Virus record (IMG/VR): IMGVR_UViG_3300017747_003445 | Location: 2,781-66,780 of that record | Origin: a virus | Lineage: Duplodnaviria > Caudoviricetes | DNA length: 64,000 nt | Strand: one strand, 5' to 3' | Shown: piece after piece, positions 47,892-58,381 of the stretch | Layout: the number at the start of each line of letters is the position of its first letter | Position numbering within the stretch: position 1 is the first letter of the stretch | Translations under genes and position numbers: made by a program | The notes under the pieces: generated by a model | What the model was told of the DNA's origin: nothing | Database searches by the model: none | What the model saw: only the letters and a program-made list of their open reading frames with translations

Positions 47892-49607
47892 TTATTTTTT
47901 ATTTTCTGCAATTCTGAATCTCTTCACTTCTTCAGTATTAAGACTTTTTAATTTTTTTATATCTGCATCAGTCCAATCGTTCTCTATTAAATCATCATAA
48001 TCATATATTTGGTCTGACATTCCAATACTTTTACCGCTAACAAGATATACTTTTACATTAGGAGCCTTATCCCCTCCTGCTCTAAACTTTTTTATCTCTT
48101 CGCTTGTAGCACTTGGTTCCTTCGTAGCGCTTGGTTCCTTCGTAGCGATTGGCTCTTTTACTTTTGGAGAAGCTTGATTTAAATTTGGTAAATTTTCAAT
48201 TTCTGCCGCACTTTCACTACCAGATATTTGTTGATAAGAACCCTGAAGCTTATCTCTTAAGTACGGGTCAGTTGCCTTAATAATATCACCACCTATTATT
48301 TTTCCTTTGCTATCTGCATATTTCAATTGTACCCCAGTAACTACGCCATCTGGTCTTTTATATACTTCTATTTTAGAAAATCTTGACTTCCCGCCACCTA
48401 AACCATAAAGTTTACCAGCTAAAGCTTTTATACTATCTACATTATTAGATTTAATAGCTTGCGTAAATGTATCTAAATATTCTCCAATTTTACCAGCTTT
48501 TCTTTCGCCTTCTGTTGGCTTTGAGCCGCTATATGATGGAGGAGGATTATATCCAACTTCGCCTATTCCTGCAAAACCATCTCTATCTTTATCTTTCAAA
48601 TAATTATATAAAGCGTTTCTATTAGCAAATTCTTTTTCTTGCGGAGTGAAACTTTTGTAAGTTGGGAATTGTTTTTGCGCTAATGCAATGATTTCAGATT
48701 TACCTTGATTTCCGCCATCAGTTGTAAATTTCTGATATACACCTTCTGGAACCATATCTAATGGCTTATCAACTCCTTTTAATGAATTAGCCGGAAGAGG
48801 CTCATTTGCTATTTCTGTACCAGTATTCGTCATAGATGGAGTTTTTCCACCTTTCTTTATAAAACCCATAGAGTCTGTTTCAAATGTTGGTTTAGCCCAA
48901 AAACCAACTTGACCTCCATAAGTAGTATATTGTTGAGGAGAGCCAAGTTTAGCCCTAATAGGCGTACTAGATTGCTTGCTACTCATGACTTTATCCAAGG
49001 CGTTGTATTCTGTAATATATTTGGATAAATTTTCCGGATTTGATAATTGAGCAATAAGCGCAGAGTCTTCTACTTGATTTGGGTCAACAAATTGCCCTTC
49101 TTTAATTCTTCTAGTTCTAACATCGTTTTTTAAGTCATTTTTAAGTGCAGCCACATCTATTGAAGGATAATTTTTTGCATATTGATTTACAATTTCATCA
49201 ATATTATTATGTTCTAAAATAAATGTATTTGATGCTCTTGTAATACCCTTCATTGCATCATCTATTTCTGTCTGCAATGCAATTGGGTCGTACCCTTTAT
49301 TATTACTTAATTTAGCCATTAGGTTAGATTTAACTCTTGACACAGCATCTTGCGCTACCATATAAGCCTGTTCGTCAGCGGGCATCCTATCTAATCTAGC
49401 TCCAGATTGAATCATTGCCATACCTCTTTGCCTTTCCGCTTCTAATTCTTTGGCTTTTCTTTCTTCTGCTTGTTGATTTCTAAAATTAGCCGCTTCTTGT
49501 CTTTCTAAATCTCTTTCTTTTTTAGCAGATAAAGCTTGCAAAGCTTCGCCCGGAGATTGAAATATCTTTGGAAGATTTACCGCATAACTACCTAAATTTT
49601 CTGCCAT
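47892..49607 (-). CDS. Putative ejection (internal virion) protein
   Basis: 571 aa, helical and Q/E/K-rich; between the pilot-like gene and the giant gene. Confidence 0.55.
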   Translation of the reverse strand: MAENLGSYAVNLPKIFQSPGEALQALSAKKERDLERQEAANFRNQQAEERKAKELEAERQRGMAMIQSGARLDRMPADEQAYMVAQDAVSRVKSNLMAKLSNNKGYDPIALQTEIDDAMKGITRASNTFILEHNNIDEIVNQYAKNYPSIDVAALKNDLKNDVRTRRIKEGQFVDPNQVEDSALIAQLSNPENLSKYITEYNALDKVMSSKQSSTPIRAKLGSPQQYTTYGGQVGFWAKPTFETDSMGFIKKGGKTPSMTNTGTEIANEPLPANSLKGVDKPLDMVPEGVYQKFTTDGGNQGKSEIIALAQKQFPTYKSFTPQEKEFANRNALYNYLKDKDRDGFAGIGEVGYNPPPSYSGSKPTEGERKAGKIGEYLDTFTQAIKSNNVDSIKALAGKLYGLGGGKSRFSKIEVYKRPDGVVTGVQLKYADSKGKIIGGDIIKATDPYLRDKLQGSYQQISGSESAAEIENLPNLNQASPKVKEPIATKEPSATKEPSATSEEIKKFRAGGDKAPNVKVYLVSGKSIGMSDQIYDYDDLIENDWTDADIKKLKSLNTEEVKRFRIAENKK

Positions 49608-49629
49608 AATGATTTTTTTTTAAATTGCT

Positions 49630-50409
49630 TTATTGTCGTCCCCAAGATGGTATATATGGGATTCCAGTTGTGCCGGCTGACGCCATAGGTATTCCTCTGT
49701 AATTAGGCGTTATATTTGGCATTCTGCCTGCAAATTCACGAGGGGCGCTATATTTGCCTGTTATTGGCGCATATCTTTGCTGTGCTACAATACTACTATC
49801 AAGACCGCTTAATGGACGACTAGCAAGGGAAGAAGCCGCGCCCGCGCCTTTACCCATCATACCTCCTGCTTGTATCATACCGCCAGCAACATCACTAATA
49901 CCACCAAATATATTATTCATACCTGATTCTCTTAATGCAGATTGAGCTTGAGAATCTAATTGATATTTCATTAACTTATTTGCTTGTACTTTATCGCCTT
50001 CGTTAATAGACATTGCATAAGCTCTGCTTAAATTATCCAAAACGCCTGCTTGTTGTTGAGCTTCCTGACCAGCTAAATTTGAAAAAGCTTGATTAGCATT
50101 TTCGGCAGCGCCTGCTCCTGTAGCTAATAAGGTAGCCGAATCTGTTGCGTTTCTTTGAGCATTAGACATTTGGTTTGATTGCGCTTGTCTAATATTAGCT
50201 TCAGCTTGTGTAAACGCACGATTTTTACCATAAAACAAATTTTGAGTAGCGCCTAGATTTTGTCCAGCTAATTTGTTTTCTTCGTATTTAGCCCACTCTG
50301 GCTTTATTTGTTTAGCCTTATTCATTTGACTAATACCAAAAATTGATTTCCCGACTCCTCCCAAGCCGCCGATAATCATTCCTGCTGTTGCTAATCCTCC
50401 TAATGGCAT
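49630..50409 (-). CDS. Putative ejection/pilot protein
   Basis: Gly/Ala/Gln-rich with N-terminal 'GGLATAGMIIGGLGG', typical of podovirus internal proteins. Confidence 0.6.
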   Translation of the reverse strand: MPLGGLATAGMIIGGLGGVGKSIFGISQMNKAKQIKPEWAKYEENKLAGQNLGATQNLFYGKNRAFTQAEANIRQAQSNQMSNAQRNATDSATLLATGAGAAENANQAFSNLAGQEAQQQAGVLDNLSRAYAMSINEGDKVQANKLMKYQLDSQAQSALRESGMNNIFGGISDVAGGMIQAGGMMGKGAGAASSLASRPLSGLDSSIVAQQRYAPITGKYSAPREFAGRMPNITPNYRGIPMASAGTTGIPYIPSWGRQ

Positions 50410-50825
50410 AAAATATATTTTAATTTTGTTACATTCTCTAATTTACAATAATCCTCTTCCATCCCACATTTTTTTAACCAATTGATAGCTCTTTTATTTC
50501 TTTCCCACATATAACATTCAAAATAACCATCAAATTCATTTTTTATAATATCAAAAACTTTTTTCAAAGTTTCTTTATTTCTATGATTCTTATTTATTCC
50601 AAAACTTACTAATACGTATTGAAAACAAAAAAAGAACCCAATTAATTCACCATCAATTACTAAATCAACAAACTTGCAAGCCCCTATTTGTTCGTGTTCT
50701 AATAATTTATCATACACACTCAAAACCAATTCATCAATAGTAGCATCTTTATATTCTGCATCACAATACTTGTTTATATCATTGTCATCCTTAAAAGCAT
50801 ACTCTATTGTACTTAATTTAATCAC
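50400..50825 (-). CDS. GNAT-fold-like protein in the virion module
   Basis: 'YMWERNKRAINWLKKCGM' resembles GNAT motif B; position analogous to T7 gp13. Confidence 0.45.
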   Translation of the reverse strand: MIKLSTIEYAFKDDNDINKYCDAEYKDATIDELVLSVYDKLLEHEQIGACKFVDLVIDGELIGFFFCFQYVLVSFGINKNHRNKETLKKVFDIIKNEFDGYFECYMWERNKRAINWLKKCGMEEDYCKLENVTKLKYILCH

Positions 50826-50840
50826 TTAAAATTAAACAAT

Positions 50841-53800
50841 TTATTGATTTCCAAGAATAAAATTTTGTCCTCTTGACAAATTAAATCCTACATCAACAAA
50901 ATTAACATAAATTATTGATTCGTAAGATTGAAATTCAGTCATAATTTGAGGAATTTGAGAAAGCACAACATCTCCGGTATTAAGCTTTTGGTCTGCCGTT
51001 CCTGTTGTATTTGGCGATAACCTATCCCTCAATATTCTAGCATACAAAATACCTTCTTGATTTGTAAAATCGGAACTTGTTAAATCGGTAATTTGCGTAT
51101 TTGGCAATGTCGTGTAAATAACCGTAAAATTAGGCGCTTGACTGCCTTCTATTACAATTTCAGCCATATCCTTTAATCCGCTTAATGGTTTATTTAAAAC
51201 CCAACAGATTCTTACAGGGTATTGCTGCCCAAACCAAGTGTTCCACGTAGAGCTATTTGTATTAAACTCATATAAAGCGCCATTTTTCCATCCAAACATT
51301 CTGTTGTCAAAATAGTCGTATTGTTCTGCAATGAATTGATAATCACTTACCCATTTATTTTCTTGAATATTAAAAGTTACCGTTTTAGCCAATCCATCAG
51401 ACATATCAAATCTATTAATAATAGAAGAAGCGTAAGATGGCACTGAAGAGTAACTAGGCAGTGTATCGGCATAGTTTTCATAAATCAATCCGGGCAATGT
51501 TACACCAAATTCTTTGTGATAAGGGTCGACATATGTTGGAATATGGTGAAATCCATTAATATTATCTAAATTACCGTCGCTTGCTGCTAAATACCCTTTT
51601 GCATAATTTTTAAACAACTTTTCTTGCTTATAAGAGCTTACTGGAAATAATCCATTTGAGCTATATTGAACAATAGTTCCATTATTTAAATCATACCAAA
51701 ATATTACACCCAAATATTCAACTACGGTTTCTGGAGCTGTAGTTCCAAACATTCCTTTTAACACATTAATTGTACCTATTACAGCAGTATCTTGAACTAA
51801 AGACGAATTAGAAGAAGAACCAACTAATTGAACTTCACCCAAGTAGCATGATGCTGTTTGGAAAGAACCAATAGATAACATTACAACACCCTGTTCTGTT
51901 GTTTTTGAAGCTAATTGTAGCTTTTGTATGCTACCTGTACCCAATGGAACTGTTTTAAAATTCAAAGCCTCAAATGTGCTTAATCCATTACTTTGAGTTC
52001 CTGCTGCAAACACATTAGAATATCTAATTTCATGTTCGTTTCTATTTTGACCTAATAAAATAACAAAATTTGGGAATCCTTGGTCAGTAAACCAATTTTT
52101 ATAAAAAAGGTCATTTGGCGACATTGCTTCTACATAATAATACACGGTAGAATTAAATTGCCTTTGGAATACAAAAACATCACCAATTAAGCTACCCGAT
52201 AATGTAGAATACTGCCTGTTAACATTTCCCCCATTTGTTATTGGGTATATATTGCCAACTTCATAAAAAGGTTCATTTTCCCCTTTTATATATGGGGTAT
52301 ATATTTCGTATATAAATGGAATATTTAATAGTGAATTTACTATATAAGCTGAACTCAATAATATATACGCTCCATCTTGCCCTATGACCGGCAATTCATA
52401 TCTAGCATCATTAGTATCAACAAGCACACAAACATCTCCCTCTTTATAATTATATCCTAATCCTGATTGTAATAATATAGTCGAATCTACTGCAACCGCA
52501 CTGGTTGTAGTAGCACTCCAAGTATCCGAATATGTATAAAGTCCAGTAGTTACATTTTTAGATGCATACTTGTTAGTACTACTATAAGAATCTATAAAAT
52601 ATCTTGTTTTTAAATTTGCTGTTCTTAAAATAGAATAATAATGCGCCCAATCTGGTATTTCATTTAATCTATTGGTATTACTTAATGTCCAATCTAAAGT
52701 TTCTACATTACTTGCAGCGCTACTAGATGCTGCAATAGTAAAAGGAGACCCCCCATAACATTCCAATTCACAAATACCCGCACTTATAAATTGAACTTGA
52801 AATACATCACCAATTGTTATAGCATAATTGTTTAAAGTCAAGGTAGAATTAAAATAATATGGCAACCCCATTGATGCTGTATCAATGAATTGCTCTGCAA
52901 TAGCTGGTATAGAGTAATTTTTAAGTATCCTAATCCTAAATACCGTAAATCCCGGCGTCAATGCTGTTACATTACCAATTATATTTACAGACATATCAGC
53001 AGTAAAAGAGGATGTAGCTGTAAATGAAGTTCCATTTCCGGGTGCGCCTCCGCTTGCGGTAAAATTACCCAATTGAACAACTTCAAATTCAAAATTATTA
53101 TCAACAGCAAAATCATAATTTGCTATTATAGGGTTTACATTAAAATCACTATTTGGAGTAAACACCTTTGGCGGAGTGGTAGTAATATTACTACTTTTTG
53201 TTATAACCCCCGACTTTCTTCTTGCTTTATCATAAAAAGCAACACCTAATTGATAAGAGGATTCGCTTTTAAAAAACCTTTTATTAGCACCTGCTATTGC
53301 TGTTGTTTGCGAAACAGCTAATGATGTTGTAGTTGGAGTATCATAACCTGACAAATTATTAGCTAAAAACATTCTATTTGTTGCGCTTTCCATTGTAGTT
53401 GAAAGTAAGGGAACGCTATCAAATGGCTTTGAAGCAATTGAACTGGGGATAGTAGCTCCTGTTACATCGCCGTAATAATCAAAAGAAAGCTGTGTTGCTC
53501 CGCTATTATGAGCTATGAATGGTTGTTCGTCTATTAATTTATCAAATGTCTTAATTACATTTGCCGAATTGGTAAGTTCATCTTTAGCAACAAGTCTTAT
53601 TATTCTTGTAGTTTGTGGTATTTTCTCTAATAGATTTAAAGTACAATATATATGATTATATAACTCTGGCACACCTAATTCTACTAAATTTAACATAGAA
53701 GCAACCGAATATTCACCAAGAACACTTTCTTCTCCATCAAAATAAACATATTGCCACGCAAATAACCAAGAACGATTTGCTATAAAATTATTTATAAATT

Positions 53801-54383
53801 GGTTGTCGTATTGCTTTTCTATTGAAGGAGCATATACAGGAGGTCTTCTTATTAACATAATCTCGTAAGAGTCAGTTAAAGTTGTATAAGCTCTAGCATC
53901 AGTATTGTATGATGGGTAATTCAATTTTATACCACTATTAATATTAATCTTTTTAGGTTCATTGTAATTATCTGTCCAATAAAGTAAACCTTGATTAACT
54001 TTGCAATTTTTATCAATCCTATGATTTTTATTAAAATTTAATCCGCCCTGAACCTGACTATCATATAATACAGCATATGTCGTAGAAGTTGCAAAATCAA
54101 ATGCATAAATTCCATGGTCATCAAATGTATTATATACAAACCAAATTAATCTTTGACCTTCAATGTCTACACAGCTTCCTATACATATATTTGTTCCATA
54201 AGGAGGATATACTGATTGCGTTATAGAGGTAGTTCCGGGTACACCTTCTACACGATAATTTTTACCATATTGAGTAATCCCAACACGCCCGTTCATTAGC
54301 CTCAAGTATTGAGCATCATCCAATAAATGCAATGAGTCATCTTGATTTGTTCCGCCAGTAAATAATTTTTTATCTCTTAACAT
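50841..54383 (-). CDS. Tail nozzle/stabilisation protein
   Basis: 1180 aa; N-terminus 'FTGGTNQDDSLHLLDDAQY…NGRV' and beta-propeller-like C-terminus; follows the ring genes. Confidence 0.7.
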   Translation of the reverse strand: MLRDKKLFTGGTNQDDSLHLLDDAQYLRLMNGRVGITQYGKNYRVEGVPGTTSITQSVYPPYGTNICIGSCVDIEGQRLIWFVYNTFDDHGIYAFDFATSTTYAVLYDSQVQGGLNFNKNHRIDKNCKVNQGLLYWTDNYNEPKKININSGIKLNYPSYNTDARAYTTLTDSYEIMLIRRPPVYAPSIEKQYDNQFINNFIANRSWLFAWQYVYFDGEESVLGEYSVASMLNLVELGVPELYNHIYCTLNLLEKIPQTTRIIRLVAKDELTNSANVIKTFDKLIDEQPFIAHNSGATQLSFDYYGDVTGATIPSSIASKPFDSVPLLSTTMESATNRMFLANNLSGYDTPTTTSLAVSQTTAIAGANKRFFKSESSYQLGVAFYDKARRKSGVITKSSNITTTPPKVFTPNSDFNVNPIIANYDFAVDNNFEFEVVQLGNFTASGGAPGNGTSFTATSSFTADMSVNIIGNVTALTPGFTVFRIRILKNYSIPAIAEQFIDTASMGLPYYFNSTLTLNNYAITIGDVFQVQFISAGICELECYGGSPFTIAASSSAASNVETLDWTLSNTNRLNEIPDWAHYYSILRTANLKTRYFIDSYSSTNKYASKNVTTGLYTYSDTWSATTTSAVAVDSTILLQSGLGYNYKEGDVCVLVDTNDARYELPVIGQDGAYILLSSAYIVNSLLNIPFIYEIYTPYIKGENEPFYEVGNIYPITNGGNVNRQYSTLSGSLIGDVFVFQRQFNSTVYYYVEAMSPNDLFYKNWFTDQGFPNFVILLGQNRNEHEIRYSNVFAAGTQSNGLSTFEALNFKTVPLGTGSIQKLQLASKTTEQGVVMLSIGSFQTASCYLGEVQLVGSSSNSSLVQDTAVIGTINVLKGMFGTTAPETVVEYLGVIFWYDLNNGTIVQYSSNGLFPVSSYKQEKLFKNYAKGYLAASDGNLDNINGFHHIPTYVDPYHKEFGVTLPGLIYENYADTLPSYSSVPSYASSIINRFDMSDGLAKTVTFNIQENKWVSDYQFIAEQYDYFDNRMFGWKNGALYEFNTNSSTWNTWFGQQYPVRICWVLNKPLSGLKDMAEIVIEGSQAPNFTVIYTTLPNTQITDLTSSDFTNQEGILYARILRDRLSPNTTGTADQKLNTGDVVLSQIPQIMTEFQSYESIIYVNFVDVGFNLSRGQNFILGNQ

Positions 54384-54388
54384 TTCTA

Positions 54389-55183
54389 TTATGATTTAGG
54401 CGCTGCCATTGTATTCTTTTGTACAATCCTCTTAATTTTTTCAACACTCCAATCAGCTTTTCTTGCTCTCAATATTTTTCTTTCGCGAATGTATTCGTTT
54501 TGCGATAATTGCTTTTCACCCATATTATAATTTCTATTATGAGCTTTTAATTGAGAATCAATATATGCTTGAATTGTTTTTATTGCATAAGGGTCTACTA
54601 ATGTTGCAGCATCTGCTGACTGACCATCTGAAATATATTGCAATACCACATTCTCAACATATAATTTTTGGTCTATTTGAATTTGATTTCTTTCTTTAAA
54701 AACTTGAAAAGTATCTTCTTGATACCCTGCACCTAAACCAAAAAACCTACCGATGTTTTCACCAAAATCATTGTAGTGAACCGTAAACCATTGAGCATAA
54801 GGCAATGCGCCATAATACAATTGAGCTTGTCCGTTGTTTGAATCCGGAGGCGTTAAATTATCTGTCCAATCCTGTGGGTTAAAGTTACTATTTGTATCTA
54901 AACTTGTTAACGGGTTTAATGTTAAAGTAGGCACTAATGGTCGTATTCTTTGCCCAACCATAACGCTAACATTAACATAATCCTGATAATCTTCAGGTAA
55001 TTCTGCTGTATTAATAGCCTGATTTACCGGAAGTATTTTTGTATTTATAACACGCAAGTCGTCAAATGTTATATCACGAAGACAATCTGATGCGTAAACC
55101 ATAAATTGCATATACCAATGCAATGGGTATCCTTTTTTTAAAAGGAAATTTTTAACTATATAATCTAAACTTGCTGTAGTCAT
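54389..55183 (-). CDS. Tail ring / head-tail adaptor protein
   Basis: 'ELPEDYQDYVNV', 'VVLQYISDG' and position. Confidence 0.6.
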   Translation of the reverse strand: MTTASLDYIVKNFLLKKGYPLHWYMQFMVYASDCLRDITFDDLRVINTKILPVNQAINTAELPEDYQDYVNVSVMVGQRIRPLVPTLTLNPLTSLDTNSNFNPQDWTDNLTPPDSNNGQAQLYYGALPYAQWFTVHYNDFGENIGRFFGLGAGYQEDTFQVFKERNQIQIDQKLYVENVVLQYISDGQSADAATLVDPYAIKTIQAYIDSQLKAHNRNYNMGEKQLSQNEYIRERKILRARKADWSVEKIKRIVQKNTMAAPKS

Positions 55184-55185
55184 TT

Positions 55186-55827
55186 CTAATTAATTTTTTG
55201 TGTTGCTGAACTATAATTGTTAACTATGCCCGTTTCAGGAATGACTGTAGCAAATTTAGCAAACGCTTTCTCTACAATTTCTTCTTCCATACTTGCAGGT
55301 ATTGGTAATGGGTCAGTGTTTGAGTACAATGATATATCCATTACAATCAAATACATATTCACCGTATCAATGCCAAGCAATAAAATATCTTTTGAAAAAA
55401 TAACAACATTTTTTCTTATTTCAAACCAAACATTACCAAGCAAATCATTTAATAATTTATCAGCTCTCAACAATGCTCCTTGCCCTAATGGGACAGGAAT
55501 AAAATCATTATCTTTGTTATCTGTAACCCTATAAACACCCATATTTCTTGGTAAAGAAATTGGGATAATTGGTAGCTCGGCTTGCGATTTATCGCCAAGA
55601 GTTGTTACAGGTATATTTTCGTAAAAAGCTATCATTAGATTATCTGGGATAGTTTCTCCTGTTGGCAATGTAGCATTGTAATACTGCATTTGAAACATAG
55701 AGTTGATAATCTGCTCTATTGCTTTAACTATATCTTCATTTTGTACAGGTTGATTTGCATCCCTGAATCCACCAGCTAATCTAGTTTGTACTTGTTCAGC
55801 CAAAAGGTATTTAGTGCTATTAGCCAT
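55186..55827 (-). CDS. Tail ring / adaptor protein
   Basis: 'PLPIPASMEEEIV' adaptor-like C-terminus; tandem with paralog-like neighbours. Confidence 0.55.
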   Translation of the reverse strand: MANSTKYLLAEQVQTRLAGGFRDANQPVQNEDIVKAIEQIINSMFQMQYYNATLPTGETIPDNLMIAFYENIPVTTLGDKSQAELPIIPISLPRNMGVYRVTDNKDNDFIPVPLGQGALLRADKLLNDLLGNVWFEIRKNVVIFSKDILLLGIDTVNMYLIVMDISLYSNTDPLPIPASMEEEIVEKAFAKFATVIPETGIVNNYSSATQKIN

Positions 55828-55829
55828 TT

Positions 55830-56471
55830 CTATTTAGTTTCTTGCGTTTGATTTTGTGCAAATGCCTGAATATCTTGTTCAGCCATATTGATGCCCCAAA
55901 ACTTTAATGCTATTGAAATAATATTATTAATATAAACATCTGTAAATTCTAACTGCGTACTTGTAGCGTTATCGTATGTTATTGTTCTTCCTGATGTAGT
56001 ATAACCATAAACAGGTTTTAATGGTCTTCTTAAGTAATTATAAAAACCGGTTTGAGCAACTTGTGGATATATTTGGAATCCGGTTGCTGTATCCCTAGCT
56101 ATTGGCAATGAAGTACTTACCGGTCTTAATTGACTTTTTAAAGCTAATGCTACCTCGTCTTCATTTACAAATCTTATTGAATTTATAGTACTACCCGTGA
56201 CAGTATATGCACCACCAATCATATGTAAGTAATTGGAAGCAAAATCTACTTGCCCGTCTGATGTAGAAGTGAATTGAACTTGTGAACGAAGTTTTCTTAT
56301 AGCATCATGAATTTTTTGCGTTGTACCATATAATTCAAACCAATCCGATACAGCTTCTATTTGTGCGTTATCAAGTGTTGACTCAAATTCAGGTATTGTA
56401 ACAAATACACCTCTTTCTTTACGCACAATAAAGACCATGAAGTTGTATATTTCGTTTAAATTGTATGCCAT
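55830..56471 (-). CDS. Tail ring / adaptor protein
   Basis: 'NYLRRPLKP…YINNIISIAL'; position. Confidence 0.55.
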   Translation of the reverse strand: MAYNLNEIYNFMVFIVRKERGVFVTIPEFESTLDNAQIEAVSDWFELYGTTQKIHDAIRKLRSQVQFTSTSDGQVDFASNYLHMIGGAYTVTGSTINSIRFVNEDEVALALKSQLRPVSTSLPIARDTATGFQIYPQVAQTGFYNYLRRPLKPVYGYTTSGRTITYDNATSTQLEFTDVYINNIISIALKFWGINMAEQDIQAFAQNQTQETK

Positions 56472-56472
56472 A

Positions 56473-57321
56473 TTAATTTTCCTCCCAAATTCCTAATGCT
56501 CTATAGGATTTTATTAAATAATAAGATTTATCTCCATATTCATATTTCTCAAGGTACTGCGGTTCAAAACCAACAACATCTCCTTTTTCCAAGCCAGAAT
56601 CTTCGGGAGCTGATAGTACTTTTGCTCTATCTCCAAGTCTAACTTTTGCATCAATAGTATCAACAATACCCATTTGCTTTATTACATCTTTTGGTATATT
56701 TTCATCAATTGGTTCTAGAATAATTCTATCGCCAACTGTTGTAAGTTCATCATTTTCTATTTTAGCATATATATCCCTGTAGTAAGCTTTCCAAACATCT
56801 TTGTCGTTTATATCAATTAAATTTTTAAATAAAAACCTTTGGGTTTCACCAAAACTAAATTGAGATTTCCATCTACTTATATCGTGTTCAGACCCTTGGC
56901 ATCCATCAACAAAGTTACCTCTTTTATCATGCAATGTACCTACCCATATATGGGTTATCTTTCCCGGCATTGCTACAATAAGCAATCTTTCTCCTTTACC
57001 ATTTGTAAATTTTTGGTAATAAGGGCTATCTTTTGTTATTTCAGTAAAACTTCCACCATCTGATTCAAATTTTCTTTCCGCAACTACAGAATAATCAAAC
57101 AAAACCTTATCTCCATTTTTAAGTTTAGAAACAACTTTTGAATTATCTCCTTTTGGATTTTTTGGCAATCCGTAAATTTCACCTACTACTGTAGCGTTCC
57201 ATTCAGGTCTGTACGACCCGTCAAGATATAACTCTAAATCACCTACCTTGATTGTATCTTGAATAGGTTTTGTTAAGCTTAAAAAAATATGATTTACCGG
57301 TTGTGCTTGCATATATGGCAT
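56473..57321 (-). CDS. Extended protein with GroES-like segments
   Basis: N-terminal 'HIFLSLTKP…TVVGEIYGLP…KNGDKVLF' and C-terminal 'GDRIILEP…LEKGDVVGF…YYLIK' both resemble Cpn10. Confidence 0.55.
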   Translation of the reverse strand: MPYMQAQPVNHIFLSLTKPIQDTIKVGDLELYLDGSYRPEWNATVVGEIYGLPKNPKGDNSKVVSKLKNGDKVLFDYSVVAERKFESDGGSFTEITKDSPYYQKFTNGKGERLLIVAMPGKITHIWVGTLHDKRGNFVDGCQGSEHDISRWKSQFSFGETQRFLFKNLIDINDKDVWKAYYRDIYAKIENDELTTVGDRIILEPIDENIPKDVIKQMGIVDTIDAKVRLGDRAKVLSAPEDSGLEKGDVVGFEPQYLEKYEYGDKSYYLIKSYRALGIWEEN

Positions 57322-57351
57322 AAAATTAGACTTTTTTATTTATTAAAAATT

Positions 57352-57386
57352 AAAATGCCCCCAAAAATTTTGAAGGCATTTTTTTA
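57352..57386. terminator. Probable bidirectional terminator
   Basis: AAAATGCC…GGCATTTT inverted repeat with A/T runs. Confidence 0.5.
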
Positions 57387-57388
57387 AA

Positions 57389-57649
57389 TTAAATCACAGC
57401 GTCGATATAACTTTCGTCTGGGATTAACCTTAACTTTTCTCCATCGACTTCAATATCTACCCCTACGCTATGGGCAAACATTATTCTATCGCCTTCTTTA
57501 ACAAGCGCAGCTTCAGTTCCAACAGCAATTACCTTGCCTGTTGAAAAATCATTTTGAGCTGTTTGCGGAAGATAGATTCCCGCATCTGTTTGCATTTTTG
57601 CTTCGTCAAGCTTTACTAATACCCTTTTGTTTAATGGTTTAAATTTCAT
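57389..57649 (-). CDS. groES: Co-chaperonin GroES
   Basis: 'FKPLNKRVLV…GIYLP…GKVIAVG…VKEGDRIMF'. Confidence 0.9.
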   Translation of the reverse strand: MKFKPLNKRVLVKLDEAKMQTDAGIYLPQTAQNDFSTGKVIAVGTEAALVKEGDRIMFAHSVGVDIEVDGEKLRLIPDESYIDAVI

Positions 57650-57680
57650 TTTTAATTTAATTTTTGTGTTTTTTAATTAA

Positions 57681-57800
57681 TTAACGCCCTTGACCTCGGT
57701 AAGCCTTTGGTCTTGGATTACTTTTATTGTAAGATTTTTTTGCTCTCCCTGATTTTTTTGTTCCAAATGTAACTTTGGATGAATTGGTTAGTTTTGCCAT
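57681..57800 (-). CDS. 39-aa highly basic microprotein ending YRGQGR (not in the ORF track)
   Basis: MAKLTNSSKVTFGTKKSGRAKKSYNKSNPRPKAYRGQGR*; TAATG-coupled to the upstream ORF. Confidence 0.7.
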   Translation of the reverse strand: MAKLTNSSKVTFGTKKSGRAKKSYNKSNPRPKAYRGQGR

Positions 57801-58024
57801 TATTTTTTGTTTTTGAAATAATCTTTATCTAATTCCCCGCCGTCCATTTTATTGGGGTAAACAAGTATGTCTGTGTCGTAAAAGTTCCTAACCATACCGT
57901 TGTGCTGTAATATGACTTTCCAAACAGTGTTGATTTCGGTTCCGTAGTCAATCCAAGCGATTGCTTTTCCTTTACCAAGAGGGGTTTCGACATCTATAAT
58001 ATTTTTAAGTTCGTGAATATACAT
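57800..58024 (-). CDS. Hypothetical phage protein
   Basis: 74-aa ORF translationally coupled to ssb. Confidence 0.6.
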   Translation of the reverse strand: MYIHELKNIIDVETPLGKGKAIAWIDYGTEINTVWKVILQHNGMVRNFYDTDILVYPNKMDGGELDKDYFKNKK

Positions 58025-58365
58025 TAAAAATTGTTTTCTTCTTTATTACTACTTGATAATAATTGTATTGTTGATACTCTACAATGTAATTGAGGAACGG
58101 TTTCGTTTGTCTTATTGTTTTGATAAGACTTTGCTTCAGGCTTACCTTCTGTATAAACTAGCGTTCCTTTCTTTAAATAGTTGGATACATTAAGTTTATC
58201 TGTCCAGTAGGCGCAAGAAACCCAAGTTGTTCTTTCGGTATCTTCTCCTTGTTGGTTTTTAAATTTTTCGCTGTAAGCTACTGAAAAATTAATTACACTT
58301 TTACCATTGACATTGTTTACGACTGCGTCTTGTCCTAATCTTCCGATTACAGAAATTCTAATCAT
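58024..58365 (-). CDS. ssb: Single-stranded DNA-binding protein
   Basis: 'IGRLGQDA…NFSVA…TTWVSC…LKKGTLVYTEG'. Confidence 0.9.
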   Translation of the reverse strand: MIRISVIGRLGQDAVVNNVNGKSVINFSVAYSEKFKNQQGEDTERTTWVSCAYWTDKLNVSNYLKKGTLVYTEGKPEAKSYQNNKTNETVPQLHCRVSTIQLLSSSNKEENNF

Positions 58366-58381
58366 TGTTTTTGTTTTTATA

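Noticed and set aside
48112-48147. 18-nt tandem duplication (KEPSAT x2)
   Set aside because: Ordinary low-complexity linker in a CDS; no evidence of function.
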